DNA from: Octopus bimaculoides
Lineage: Eukaryota
NCBI RefSeq assembly: GCF_001194135.2
Contig: NC_068986.1
Span: forward strand, 95,678,012 to 95,742,011
Direction: 5' to 3'
Length of the DNA: 64,000 nucleotides
Under the pieces are notes generated by a model. It was not told the DNA's origin. It searched no databases and saw nothing but the letters and a program-made list of their open reading frames with translations. The position numbers and the translations under genes were made by a program. Below are positions 12,254-26,700 of the stretch, piece after piece (positions within the stretch are counted from its first letter, which is position 1; every line of letters starts with the position of its first letter).

Positions 12254-14469
12254 NNNNNNNNNNNNNNNNNNNNNNNNNNNNNNNNNNNNNNNNNNNNNNN
12301 NNNNNNNNNNNNNNNNTATATATACACATATATGTATATGAATGTGTGAGTTATATATCTATTATATATATATATATTCAAATTCAAAATGGCTGACAAC
12401 TAGCATCACACTTCAAACTCAAGAGTACCAAAGAATTTGAGTAAAACTCTTTTGCTCTATACATGTAACTCCCAATAAATTGGTTGAGTGCCCTTCTTTT
12501 GTTTGTCCACACATACACATAAATGTTGCACATCATCTCACTACTTTTCTGTACTATCTGCCCTTCTGAGCCACTCCTGTATCTCTCACCTTACCCCTCT
12601 CCATACTGGTATTTCCTTTCAACTGTACCTCCCCCCCCCCACTTGTTCAACAATCACTATATTTGCTTCCAGCCCCATCTTTAATCATCTGTTACTCCTC
12701 TTTCATATTCTTATAAAAGTACCTATCCTCTCACAGCCTTAAGAAAGTATCTGTTCTCTCATTCTCTCCCATGACCCTTAACTGTTATCCATACCTCTCT
12801 TATGCTTACCTACTTGTACCTTGAAATGTTGTTCTTGCACCTCATCTCTGCCTTCCTTTATCTCCTTTAGCCATGTGTTTCCTCTAAAGTAAGACACCTC
12901 TGCATGCCCCTGAACCCCGTTCTTTAGCCTTTTGACTCCTGGCATATAGCCATCCACCTTCCCTTCTCAAATATTTCCTCTTAATAGGGGAACTTTTCCC
13001 TATTCTTGTTTTACTGTTCTTTTTCTTCACCAGGCGACTTCACCAGTGCTGGTGACATGATAGAACACCTAGTATATTGGTATAAGTATATTGATATAGT
13101 ATTATTGGTATAAGTGGCTGATGTTAGGAAAGGCATTCAGCCATAGAATGCATGGTCTTGCAGCTCACTGGGTCCTATTAAACCATCCAGCCCATGCCAG
13201 CATGGAAAGCAGACATTAAATGATAACAATGATGATGATGATATATATGAAACATATGCACACACACCAAACAAACAAATAAAGCAAAGAAGGCTGCCAG
13301 TGACTTCCAAATAACATGGCTGGTTAGCTTTGTGTGGTTGACAAAACTGGTCACAGATGATACTTCAAAATCACTGCTAACCATTCTTCTTTGAAAAAAT
13401 AGATTGTATACTCTACATACATGTATTTCGGTTATTGCTATAAAAATAAAGATTTTATTGGAGCTTTATTTAATCTTAAAAAGACATTTTTCATGGTACA
13501 TATGTGCCACAGTTATTTGCCAGTCATCACATTTTTATCTTCAGGATAGTATTTGGAAGTCTAGCAAGTTAATAGTATCATTTTGAATAACAAAGAAGAA
13601 GAATGAACTTGTATTTTATCTCCTTGTTAAATTTTTGTTCTAGATTTTCAAAATTGCTGTTTCAATAATAGCATAATGCTCCATAGAACATAGGAAGTAT
13701 TCCTGTATTCTTTTACTCATTCCAGTGATTTGGATCATATCAATCTCAGGACTTATTTCAGTATAGTACAAATTCTATTTACCTCTATTTATTGAATTGC
13801 TAGGTTACAGTATATGAAATAACAAAATAGGCAACAAAAAATTGTAAGTAATGTAAATATTCTAGGTCATTTTAATATTTTTGAATCAAGCTATGTCAAT
13901 TTAGCTAATTTCGATGTGGTATTTTTGAATTTGTTGTTGTTTCCTAGCATACCATATTTTTAAAAAATCATAACTATAAACACATATTTAGAACAGCTAT
14001 TTAAAAAAAAAAAAGAAACAATAAAATTGTTGACAGATATTTGTCATTCTGATCATCATATTTGTTATGCGTGGTAATCATCCATCTTGTTTTAGTCACT
14101 AGGCATATTCAGCCATGGTACAAATGTGCTAATGGATTTGATATCTTGCCAGCATGGAAGATGGACATTAAATTATGTGGTTGATGATGGTGTTTTTATT
14201 AATAGGTTAATTGGCATAAGCATGCCTGTGTGGATAGTTTTAGGCATGGCTGTATGGTTAAGAAGTTTGCTTCCCAACCATGTGTTTTGACTTCAATTCC
14301 ACTGTGAGGCCCTGGTCTGAGTAAAGCCTTGTGTACCAAGCTCTCCCTGAGAGCTTGGTACTTATTGCCATGATATTGATCTGTTGACATGCTTCTAGAA
14401 TTACTGCTACTTATAGAAAAGCAGGATTAGTAGTCAGGATTTACTCCCCTAGATCTGAAGTACTATAGA

Positions 14470-16980
14470 AAGCTCAAATTGAACATAGGATGGACTTCAG
14501 TGCCTACCCCAATGGCATGCCATGACTCTCGGCAATGGAGTTGAAGCATTGCAAAAGGCCAATAACAGCCACAGAAATACAGGATGTAATGATGGGCTGC
14601 ATGAGGAAAAAATTTCCCAGGTTTGGATGGTCTGCCCTACAAGCTTTACTTTTATATCCAAGACTTCTTTGGTGGCCTTTTAGCAAATATCTACCACAAT
14701 TGGCAGCAGAATGGGAGAATTCCTAGTTCTGTGAGCCAAGAAGCAGTGGCACTACAAAGAAAGGATTTTGAGCGGGGGGAGGGGATATGAAATAGAAAAT
14801 TTGAGGCCTATAATCCTGCTGGACGCAGATTTCAAAATTTTGGCCAAGGTGTTAGCAAGGAGTTGGCACTTGTTATCAAGGAACTGATTGGGGATGGTGC
14901 ATGTTTACAGAGGCTTTGAACAATTTGAATCAATTAAAAGCCTTTGATAGGGGTCAACTACCAGTACTTGGTAGCCATTTTTAATCCTGTTTTTTTTTTT
15001 GTTTTTGTAGCTAGATAACTGCAATATACAGCAACATCTGCTCAGTAATTCAGGTGAATGGTTACTTATTGGAATCATTCAGGATCATGTACCCAGTCTA
15101 TCAAGAGTGTCCTCTCTCATCTCTTTTGTATATACTGGCTCTAGAGCCATTACTGCAGAAATTGGAGGTGTTGAGAGGTAACCCACATGAACTAAGACAT
15201 GGGAGAACAATGCTGGCATATAGACCCAATGAGCTCTCTTCTAAAAGAATACAAGGTGGTGACAAGCAAAAATTAAGCAAGAAAAGTTAGTGGATCTGCA
15301 AATCAGCACCTGGCGATGCTGGAAGGATGGACCAGTAAAATTACTCAGGGCTTGGTTTGGTCCAGATCTCCATGTGGGGAAGAACTGGGATGAGGTGAAG
15401 AGCAGGGAAGCCAATCTCACCCAGAAATGGTTTCAGAGAAAGCTTCTCTGAAAGGTCAGGCAGAGGTGGTGAATGTGTGCATCACTTCTGTCATATATTA
15501 CCACCTGATAGTCATGCCCAGTTTACATCTGACAAAACTGGAGCACACACTTCTGCTTTCTATAGAGGGAATGTGCTCCACTGATCAGGCACTACATTTA
15601 TTGTCAACGTCTGCTAAATGGAAGACTGGGCATGTCATGGCTGCTGATGCATTTCCTTGATGGTGAGCTGGTGTGGCCATCATTTGTCTGGCTTACTTTT
15701 CTGCAGCTCATCTCTTTGAGCTGCAATCCTGGATCAAATATAGACCAAGGCAGGGTTCCTGGTACATAGAGTGTCGTCAGATGCTCAGTGTTCTGTCAGT
15801 TGGGCAATGCAGGTGGTGGAAGTTCCACTTTGGCATTCTATAGAGGGCTAGTGGCAGGTAAGTGTGATGATGTTCTCAGGGAGACTCTGGGAATTAACTG
15901 GCTGGTGTGTTCCAAATGACTTTTGGGCTAGGGCCCATAGATAATTTCCAAAAATCCCTGAGTTGGCAGGCATGGAAGTGCAGTCATTCAGGGTTTGTCT
16001 GAGATATGCACAGATTGATGAAACTATTGTCCAGTGCCCAAGTATTGGTGACTTCTAGGTTTATGTCGAATGCCTACTATCAAGTGTGTGGAGTCGCAAT
16101 GGCCCAGTGGTTAGGGCAGTGGACTCGCGGTCATAGGATCGTGGTTTCGATTCCCAGACCGAGTGTTGTGAGTGTTTATTGAGCGAAAACACCTAAAGCT
16201 CCACGAGGCTCCGGCAGGGGATGGTGGCGAACCCTGCTGTACTCTTTCACCACAACTTTCTCTCACTCTCACTTCCTGTTTCTGTTGTACCTGTATTTCA
16301 AAGGGTCAGCCTTGTCACACTGTCACGCTGAATATCCCTGAGAACTACGTTAAGGGTACACGTATCTGTGGAGTGCTCAGCCACTTGCACGTTAATTTCA
16401 CGAGCAAGCTGTTCCGTTGATCGGATAAACTGGAACCCTCGACGTCGTAAGCGACGGAGTGCCAACTCCACTCCACTATCAAGTGTAGGTCAGATCTGGC
16501 TATCAGCTAAATCCAATGTGGAGATTGTCCTGCTGCCTTTCTTTGGCCAGGGAGGGTAGGCAGTGTTCATTTGTCTGGTAGCATTAGTGGAAGAGGTTGT
16601 GTGGAGGGCCAGATTGAGAAAGCTGAAGACAGATACTTTTCTCTTTGGCCAAGTCATCAATTTTTCAAGTTTCACATGAAAAGGAAGGTAAGAGGGAAGT
16701 CCTGGCTCCCAGCAATTTTATTAAAAGGTGGGTGAATGTGGCAAGAATATATACCTGTAGATTGAAGGAAGATGATGTGGAGAAGGCATTTACCCTAGTG
16801 GTCAAGGCGGCCGTTTTGTGGGGTTTCCATGAGCAACCCTTGGAAGTCTCCCTCTCCTGAGTAATTTTTTGGTTGCTAGAATTTATATTATCGTTTTTAC
16901 TTTTTGCACACTTCTATCTATGTATCCCCACATCTAATGTTTTTTGTGAACTCGTAGTGGTAAATAAAGAAAGCATTATC
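14470..16980 (+). mobile_element. 5'-truncated Tx1-like (L1 clade) non-LTR retrotransposon, degenerate
   Basis: RT motifs LRPIILLDADFKILAKVL (about 14800), a KAFDRV-like remnant, and VNGYLLESF...QECPLSSLLYILALEPLL (15054-15290). C-terminal region and AATAAA-containing 3' end near 16965. Many stops and frameshifts. Confidence 0.75.
16088..16474 (+). mobile_element. tRNA-derived SINE inserted into the Tx1-like LINE, with 12-bp TSD
   Basis: A-box TGGCCCAGTGG and B-box-like GGTTTCGATTCCC in the head. Flanked by exact ACTATCAAGTGT at 16076-16087 and 16475-16486. Confidence 0.88.
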
Positions 16981-17448
16981 ATGAAATTTATCAAACATTT
17001 GAACTTTCAATATTTCCTATTGCTGTGAAGCTTACAGAATTCTTAAATTTTCAATATGTAATTTTGTTATGAAACCTATATAATATTTGCCTTTTTGGAG
17101 CATATTTTATCACTTTGGACTTTTTCCTGTATTCAGTTTCTTTTAAGCTTTTATCTTGCATTTTTATCTACCATTGAAAAACAAAAATATGACAGAAACT
17201 AGTACAAGATTTTAAAAATTTGTAAACTNNNNNNNNNNNNNNNNNNNNNNNNNNNNNNNNNNNNNNNNNNNNNNNNNNNNNNNNNNNNNNNNNNNNNNNN
17301 NNNNNNNNNNNNNNNNNNNNNNNNNNNNNNNNNNNNNNNNNNNNNNNNNNNNNNNNNNNNNNNNNNNNNNNNNNNNNNNNNNNNNNNNNNNNNNNNNNNN
17401 NNNNNNNNNNNNNNNNNNNNNNNNNNNNNNNNNNNNNNNNNNNNNNNN

Positions 17449-17482
<34 letters not shown>

Positions 17483-17564
17483 ATAATAATAATATTAGGG
17501 ACAAAATCCAAAATTACAGGTAAAAACTCAATTAAAAACTTCATGAACCTTGGTTCTTTTCCTT

Positions 17565-17566
17565 AA

Positions 17567-17627
<61 letters not shown>

Positions 17628-17700
17628 TATAAATATATATTTATACACACACACATATATATATATTTATACACACACACACACATATATATATATATAT
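17565..17700. repeat. Compound (TA)n/(CA)n microsatellite (representative of dozens in the window)
   Basis: Similar tracts at 321-381, 10870-10980, 11130-11375, 18620-18860, 39730-39868, 41580-41880 and 60025-60195; most assembly gaps abut them. Confidence 0.95.
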
Positions 17701-18619
17701 TTATTAGACAGCGAAAAAGGTATGTGTATGTAGAGGGGTATTTAATATACTTGTATTAACAGGAAAGAAAATTCCCAAAAAGTGAGCAGCCTGTCAACTT
17801 TATAGGTAGGGCAGGTCACAACAAAGAAAGTTAATGAGGACTGATGTCCTAAGAGAATCACACTATTTTGTCAATTTGCGCGTGTGTGTGTAATAATATA
17901 CACGCATACTTATAGAAAGATATATTTATTCATGAATGTATATAACTTCATCCATTTCCTTACTCATGTGACAAGTTTTAAGTATTACAATTTGTAACAG
18001 TAATCTTTAAGTACGATTCTTTATTTATCTATCTAGTAAAGGAAGTCAGTGATTGACTAACTTGGAAGACGTTAAGTAGTAGCCATTAAGGCGGGAGACT
18101 TCATTGTTATCACATGAGCTAATTATGGAGGGAAGGAGGACGGCTTAAAGAAAGAGGGAGAGAAAAGTAGAGAACAAATAGTTCAGAGCAAAAAAAAAGA
18201 AAAAAATACGGTAGGCGAAGGAGAAAGAGAGAGATAAGAAGTAAGGGCAGGAAATGGTGAAAAAAGAGGGACAGGGCAAGATGGTTTCTGATAAACATAA
18301 AGTTGACGAGAAGAGGGGAGAACAAGTAAAAGTTGTATAGGAAATAAGTTAAGGAGGTGAGGCGGGTATGCTTAAACGCAAAGACGAGGTGGAGAAAAAT
18401 ATCTACTCGATCACATGTATTTGTATATATACATACACACACACACTCTCACAATACTTTATTGGAGAATTCATTATTCAAAGGTCAAGAAGACCAGAAA
18501 TCCAAAGAGTACTATGTACTAGCTAAAAAATAATTGTAGAGCTAATGTTCGTGTTATTTTATTTTATAAATTAATGTTTTGGGAGTCTCGGTTTTCGCTA
18601 ATTCATGCTTTGTGTGTGA

Positions 18620-18658
<39 letters not shown>

Positions 18659-21600
18659 TGTGTGTTATACATATATATATTATATATATATACGCATAAA
18701 TATACATACATATATATATATATAATTTCGTTTTGGTGTTAACTAGAGTTTATCCCATTAAGCTCACTCAATTCCCCTTGGTGTGTGTATATATATATAT
18801 GTGTGTGTGTGTGTGTATATATGTATATGCATACACATACATGTTTGTATGTATATCCAAGAGGAAAGATGGACAAACAATTTATATTTAGATGTAAATA
18901 TTTTGATAGCGGTATCAAATATTTAGTGAATGGCTGATATAATGCATAATATGCATTATAATTTGAGCTATTCATCGAATATTTGAAACAGTTATAAAAA
19001 GTATATTTACAGGATATAAATATATGTAACGTGTCATAAATCTAGTCCTAACACTTATAACTGTTTGTCCGTCTTTCCTCTTTGATATTCTGGAATACTT
19101 AAAAGTCTGATTAAGAAGTTAAGAAATCGATCAGTCCGAGCATTAAGTTGGTGCCTATTATTCTATCCTTTCAAGAACATCTTACACACACACATATATA
19201 TATATATATTAGTATTAGAGGCACGTGGCTTTCAGTTTAGGGTGTTGCACTCAATCATAAAATCGTGGTTTCGATTTCTTGACCGAGCAATGCGTTGTGT
19301 TCTTGAGCAAATCTTTTTATTTCACGTTGCTTTAAGTTTACTCAGTTGGTAAAAATGAGTAATCCTACGACGGATCGGTGTCCTGTCCAGCGGGGAGTAA
19401 ATATATGCTACAGAATCAGGAGAGCCGGTTTTATGAGACAATAACTCGGGATGGACTTTTGATGTTTTATACATAAATGCACACACACACACACTCACAT
19501 AGATATGGTTAGAGAAATTGCATGAAAAAGGTAGGGAGAAGCGATGGAGAGGGCAATAAATACTAAAAGGGAGGAAATACTAAGATGGGAGAAGAAAGAC
19601 AAACAAAAGTGGCTTAAGAGGAAGAAAATAAATATAAAGAGAAGGGAAAGGAAATAGAGTCGAAGACGGGTTATGGGGGAAAGTATTGTGATGGCGGGAG
19701 AGACGTGAGTGTTAGAAAGAGGCGACAACAAAAATGAGAGCAGAGCTAAAGTTGTAAGAGAGAGTGTGATGGAAGAAGTGGAATGAGGAAGGGGAGGCGA
19801 TAACGAGTGTAACGTCCTCCATTGTGTGTATGTTTCATACACGTGAGTTGTGTGTGTAACACTTATAAATAGGCGCGTGTTAATTCTTGAGTTGTGTGTG
19901 TAAATTTTAAGGATATGTGTTCACCTTTCGTTTATGATTTGAAGGAGTGGAAGTGAGAATATTAAGTAGTATCAAGATTCTATGTAGACAAAGAAGAACG
20001 GGTAGCGAGTAGTTTAGGTAGTTTTTGCTAGATTTTCTTGTTTGGGATGAGTCATATTTAACAAAGCCTATAAACACTCAACGGTTGTTGCTTGTCTGTA
20101 TTTCGCTTCTCTTTCCAAAAATGTGAAGTGAAATAGAATGACTTCCCAACTATAGCAACGTTGGTTTCAATACACGATTAAAGATAAAAATTCTTTTGAA
20201 ACAAATTCAAAACTTTTCAACGATTCTTCTTGTGAAATCTTGTATTGAAACATGGATATTAGGAAGATCATTGTTTTCCAGTAAAAAACACAGCGGTTCT
20301 ATTTCACTTATTACTAGTCAACCAATTAACTCGTCGATGGCCTAATTAATCGATTTCTTAATTGGTCAACTAGTTAGCTAATAATCGTAAAAAGAAAACT
20401 AAATACAACCAGTGCATGCGTTTCATATTGAGAAAACGATCCTCCCAAATTTAGGTAATAGTGGCGTTGGAGTGGTAGGGAAGTCAGTGATATTCTGCGT
20501 TGGGAAAAGTAATAGAATTTAATAGTTTGAACAGTGAAATATGCTATTGAGCAAGGAAGTAAACAGGGCCAACGTTTCGGATGCTTATCCTTTTTCGTTG
20601 CCATCATCGTCGTTGAAGAGAGAGGGGGAAGAGAGCAGTCTTTAATATTAGGATACAAAGATGCGGACAATAGTGGTATATCGGTTTAACCCCAGGTCAT
20701 CATTGATCAAATGATCAAATGCATTCCAGTCATAACCGTCCCATCTTTTAGGGTTAACTTCTTTAAGTTATGCAGGACTTACATTATTTGAAAGGTCAAG
20801 AAGAACATCTAGAAAAGTTGGATTGCTAATATTATAGAGATTACAGAACAAAAGACGCAACAATTAATAAGAAAAACTGAAGTTAAAGATAAATGGAGGA
20901 TTGTCGGACGGACTATCCCTTACTATAAGAGTTGGTGGATACAGATACTATCTAATGCGCCCTTCTTCTTGAGTTGGAAGGGTGTGATTTAAGATACATT
21001 TCGCAACTGCGTAGAGCCCTACCCACTCATCTGCCCTCGTTGACTCGTAGTAGTGGGCACTTATTTGCTTTTTCCGCCACTAGGCAGCCTCCGTGTGCAT
21101 TGTCCTAAATTCACACTATTACAACGAATGCGTTACACATCAAGCTATGACGATGTCAAACAGGCAACTGCTCTAGTCCTAGGTGGAGACAGCCTCCCCC
21201 AAATCCCACTCACATCGGTATTTGTCTTACTTCTCAAACGCCATTGTCACGAACGGGTGTTTGCCTCACTACTCAAACACCATTGACTAGAATAATTGCC
21301 AGGTTCCCTAAACACCAATATCTCGAGAATAGTCTTTGCGTAAGCTGTCTTGGTACCATTGTTTAAATAAACTGACTGATTGTTTAGCGCCCTAAATGTC
21401 TGTCTAAAAAAAAACTAATCTTAATTTAGGATGCTCATCTACAAGATCGAACACCCAACCCTAAATTGGAGAGGGGGATGGGAAGAAACTAAGAGCGGTA
21501 AAAATATTGACGGTGATAGTAGTAGTAAGTGGTGGTGGGAGAAGGAGTATTCAGAGTGGTGGTGCTATTTCTGTATTCATTGATTGTAGTAGAAGCAACG

Positions 21601-22928
21601 CATGTTTTGGGGGAAGTTGTAGTAAAAAAAAAAAAAAGAAGCAAAAGATGGATGGTAAGAATAAAAGAAATATGAGAGAATAAATGGTGGCGGGAAGAGG
21701 AAAAGGAGGAGAGGCTGGTTAACAAGGACAACAGATGACGTCATGCCTATCTTAGTTCCTTTTGTTAAATTTCAGTTTATCAATTCAATTAATTTTTCAA
21801 GCACAAAATCACAATAAATTTAAATATCGAAACAAAGCTGAGAATAATATATTTATGGCTGTAACGAAAGTTACGAGTGGCTACAGGGCTTCAAGTACCC
21901 TTGTGGTGCTTATAACTGAAATAAATAAAAGAAACCTCCAGAAAATTGCTTTATAAAAAATAATGATAATTACTCTAATTATAATAGTTATATCTGTTTA
22001 CAAATGCCGTACAAATTATTAACTCACACTGAGATAACTATTTATTTACATGGTTCCATAGATGAATAGGAATTAATAGTTTCTGGTTTGAAGTGAAACG
22101 AGTCTATTGTGTTGTAATTCATGGTTTTTATTATTTACAAATTGAAAACTTTAGTGATGTCTTTTTCAAAAGGTGTTTATTTTATACAGCATAATTTTTG
22201 AATGGGATTGCAAATGTGCACGAAGTGTGAACGTTTGCATTTTTACGCACGCATACATGGATATTTATTTCGATCAGAGTAGTAGTTTTATACCCCCCCC
22301 CAAAAAATCCTAATTTATTCCACTTTAAGAATTCTCATTGATAAAAATAATATAGGTTGTTTCAATTTGTCTACTATTTTTGTAAGTTTAGCTTCCATGT
22401 CCAAGGCTCCTCATTTTATCCCTATATACTAGTCATTTTGTTTTTTATAATCGCTTACATGCCTTTTCCGTTTCATATATACATTACCCTATCATTCTAT
22501 CACTCTTTAGTCGTCACCTCTTTCTTTCTTGCTATATATGTCGCTCGATCATCAGCATCATGACATGTCCCCCTCACACTCTCAATTTATACATACTGTA
22601 AATACCCCAATTACTTCGGTTCTTGATTTTATGCGACTGGTAGTTAGACATTAAAATTCGAATACTGCGTATAAGAATTCGATTTACTGCGGTATAATGG
22701 TATGTATAAGAAATGAAAAATAATGTAGTATAATTTCTCCTTCAGCTTCTTTTCCTTCTTTCAACTGCTACCGAATGTATTGCTAATGATTTGTTATTAT
22801 ACATAGCTACATCTGCATATCATATATATGTATTTTGTTTTTCGGAAGCTGGTGTCGAATTAATTATAAACCATGTTATTCAGAGTTACGTTAATCGGGA
22901 GTTTTTCCCTAACCCTCAAGTTATTATC

Positions 22929-23744
22929 ATGAGTACTAAAGAAGAAGAGAGTACCACCAGTACAAGTGGTGGAAGTGTTGAGAAGAAGAAAAGAAAAGTT
23001 GTAGGACTGGAAGAGAAATTAGCAATAATTGATAAATATGAAAGCGGTATTACTAAAGCAAAGATTAGCCGAGAACATGCTATCGGCGAATCAACAGTGC
23101 GCAATATTATTCAGAACTCGAAGATTTATAAAGAAAAGGGACAAAGTGCTGCTTCATCGTCGAATTTCCAAACAACAAGAAACCGAAGCTCTACAATGAT
23201 TGAAATGGAACGTCTATTGTCAATTTGGATCGAAGACTGCAATCAAAAGAACATTCCTTTAAATACAACGGCCATTAAAAAGAAAGCTGTCAGTTTGTTT
23301 GGAGCTGTCCAAAGAAAACGGAAAGAAGAAAAGAAAACCGAAGCGGAAACTAACGAAACATTTTTTGGAAGTTCTGGATGGCTCGTCAGGTTTAGAAAAC
23401 GATCTAAAATGCATAACCTTGGAATTGTAGGGAAAAGCGCGTGTTCGGACGATAGTGCGGCAACTAGACATCCCGCCGAATTTAAACAAATTATTGAAGG
23501 TGCTAGTTGTGATGATCAAGATGAAGCTATGTCGCAAATGAAAGAATTCTCAATTAATGAAATCGATGCAATTTTAAAATTTTTTGAAGATGGAAAGCAG
23601 ATGATAATGAGTTCAGATCCAAATGTAGAAAGAGCGATGCTAGTCAGTAAACAAATTGAAAAAGCACTCAGTTGCTATAGGGCTTTGCGTAAAGAGAAAA
23701 GATTAAAACAAACATCCCTTTTACAATATTTAAAAAAACAATAA
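22929..23744 (+). CDS. Tigger/pogo (TIGD/CENP-B-like) transposase-derived protein lacking the DDE domain, 271 aa, intronless
   Basis: ATG at 22929. N-terminal HTH (LEEKLAIIDKYESG...GESTVRNII), second CENP-B-type HTH (MERLLSIWIEDCNQKNIPL...FFGSSGWLVRFRKR), then a direct jump near 23501 to a TIGD1-like tail (DPNVERAMLVSKQIEKALSCYR...QTSLLQYLKK). No stops or frameshifts; AATAAA at about 23780. Confidence 0.8.
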   Translation: MSTKEEESTTSTSGGSVEKKKRKVVGLEEKLAIIDKYESGITKAKISREHAIGESTVRNIIQNSKIYKEKGQSAASSSNFQTTRNRSSTMIEMERLLSIWIEDCNQKNIPLNTTAIKKKAVSLFGAVQRKRKEEKKTEAETNETFFGSSGWLVRFRKRSKMHNLGIVGKSACSDDSAATRHPAEFKQIIEGASCDDQDEAMSQMKEFSINEIDAILKFFEDGKQMIMSSDPNVERAMLVSKQIEKALSCYRALRKEKRLKQTSLLQYLKKQ

Positions 23745-26700
23745 ACACATTTATTTATTTGCCTTTGCTAATGTAAGTCAATAAAACTAATTAAAACATC
23801 GGTATGATTTTTACACGTTATATATTCAAATACTGCCGTGTCCTTCGCGACATGCCTTGCGTGACTGATGTACTCGTGTATGTCTAACATTTTTTTTACA
23901 CATGAACGTTATCTCTGGTATATATATATTCTTCCACAAATATCCCTTAAGATGTTTTCCTCTTATATCATTATATTAAACTTTACTGATGCTCCACCGT
24001 CTCCTCTTTCCACACACATCTATACAGATATTTCTCCCGCGCTTTGTCTATGCTTACTACTACTACTACTACATTACATTGGTCATCTTTGTCTATAGTG
24101 GACAGAAGCCAAAAATCTGTCAGTAGTCACTCTCCTGTTAACAAGAATAGTAACAGGTATAACAAGCAACATAATCCAACGATGGGATTTTACAGATTTG
24201 CTTGGTCTTATGATATGTATATATGCGTATGCGTGTGTCCATTAACTCAATACTGTCTTTGTAAAATGAAGGAATCGTTTAAAGTTATAAAACATCTATC
24301 ATAAATTCTATTCCCGTCTAGGATGCAGTATCTTAACATCAAACAAATTTAGTATTTGACTGGCATTTTATTTTATCGACCGTCCCAGAACTTTGAAAGT
24401 TGACACAAGCAGAGTATGCAATTAGATGGGCAGTGACCCCGTTTTAGCCCACCAGGTTATCTAAGTGGCATTCCTTGATTGTACTTTTCTAAAATTGGTC
24501 CTTTGTGCCCCAAATATTTAAAGATTTTCAAATAAACTATAACGCTTTTCCTACAAATTCTACTGGCCAATTTTGTCTTTCATCCTTTCAGGATTAATAA
24601 AATAAAGTACTAGGCAAGTACTGGAGTCGATGCAATCAACATACACTGTCCTCTAAAATTACTGCACTTGTTGAAAATTTGTAATCGACATTATATTTTT
24701 ATTTAGTTGATTGCTAGAAACATTTATGTAAAAATATTAAAAGCAATTATTTAGTTGGTCATTTGACAGGAGAATTTGTCACCTTTTTACATTTTAAGTT
24801 CAAATCTCACCAAGGTAAGATTTATATACATGGGTGTATTGCATTTCCTTTTCTTGATACTGCATGGTAGTTGTAAATGAGCATCACTGTCACAGAAGCA
24901 GTGTCATTCATTTCTAATATTCTGCAAAAACAAGGCAGCAAGCTGACAGAAATGTTAGCACACCAGACGAAATGCTTAGTGGTATTTTGTCTGTCTTTAT
25001 GTTCTGAGTTCAAATTCTGTTGAGGTTGACTTTGCCTTTCATCCTTTCAGGGTCGATAAATTAAGTACCAGTTGCATACTGAAATTGATCTAATCGACTG
25101 GCCCCCCCCTCCCCCAAAATTTCAGGCTTCATGCTTAGAGCAGAAAAGAATATTCTGCAAAAACGTCTGGCTATGGGAAAATTCAACCTTGCTTGGAAAC
25201 AGGTGAGAGTTGGAGACAGGGAGGGCAGCCAGCCAAAGAAAATTTACTTCAATAAACTACATCCACTCAATGCATGCATAGAATAACAGACATTAATGAT
25301 AATATGTACTGAATATATATTTTGTAAAATTACACAATGATAACAGGATAGGCATGCATACCCTTAATTGAGCAAGGAAAAGAGAAGTCAATTAACCAGC
25401 TATAGTTACTCCATTAAAGACTCAGCAAATTCAAAAACTGAGGGGAATGATATCTAGATGAGAATGACTCTTATTGAGAAAGTGGCTGTGTAGTAAGAAG
25501 TTTGCTTCCCAACCACATAGTTCTGGGTCCAGCTCAACTGTGTGGCACCTTGGGCAAGTGTCTTCTACTATAACTTCAGGCTGACCAACTCTTGTGAGTG
25601 GATTTGGTAGGTGGAAACTGAAAAAAGCCAACTGTCATATGTATGTGTGTGAGTCTTTGTCCTCACCCACTGCTTAACTGATGTGGGAAGTTTATGTCCC
25701 ACAACTTAGCAGTTCAGCAAAAGGGACTGACAGAATAAGTATGAGATTTCACAAAATGTACTGGGGTCAATTTGTTTGACACAAATAATAAAAGATAAAT
25801 ATCTTCATTATATTTAGGTAAGATGAAATAAAAGGGGCAGCTGGTGTATTGGTTGGATCTGTTGGAGAAGGTAAAGATAGTTTTAATACTCCAAACATAA
25901 GACTTTTGTCAGAAGCAACATATTCTAATCAAGTTAACACAAGCCAAAAGACAGCCTCTACAATGTCATTCAATCTGCTAGAAATTTACCGCCTTCAAAT
26001 TACCAAAAAAGGGAAGGACATATTAGATAATGAAATGCTATATATATATATATACTATATCCAAAAATAAATAAGATGGAACGGTTGTCAGTGGAACCAT
26101 TCTTTAGTTATTGTCTGTTCAATCATGGCTAAGTCAAGACTGAACAACAATATAAATCATCATCATGAACTTGTTAGAAACAACACCAAAATCTTCAAAT
26201 CACGCTTTACTGTCTTAAAAACGGAATTAGAAAAACAGAGTTGTCACGGCTTGGCAAGTCTTTGATCTTAGGTCTCTTCAATTAGATCCGAACTTCGGAA
26301 TATACATGAGAAATCGAGATTTAATTTAGTTCACATACACAAGGGAGAAAACTCTGTTATAAATTTTAAACTTCATTGCTATATTTTACTGAAGAATGTT
26401 TTCACAACCATTCATAGAAAACTTGTCGTGCAGAAAGGAGCTAATCAAATATTTAGGAGGAATAACATATACTTCCATTTTCCCCCAAATTCTTCATGCT
26501 ACAATCCAGGATCATAGTAATTTAAAAAGACAGGGCTTAGTTTTGTACTGTACAGTTTTAGGCAGATGATATGCTTCAGCTCCACTGTAGATAGTATTTA
26601 GAATAGCTTTGAATAGTGGATGCAGCTACCAGCATCCCTTGACACACTGAAATATATATAATGAAACTTCTCTAGTCTCCTTGTATACATACAGAACCAT

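Noticed and set aside
20880-21300. CpG-containing stretch with a 77-aa ORF (21053-21286)
   Set aside because: No recognisable domain or splice-consistent exon; possibly a decayed retroelement, not supportable.
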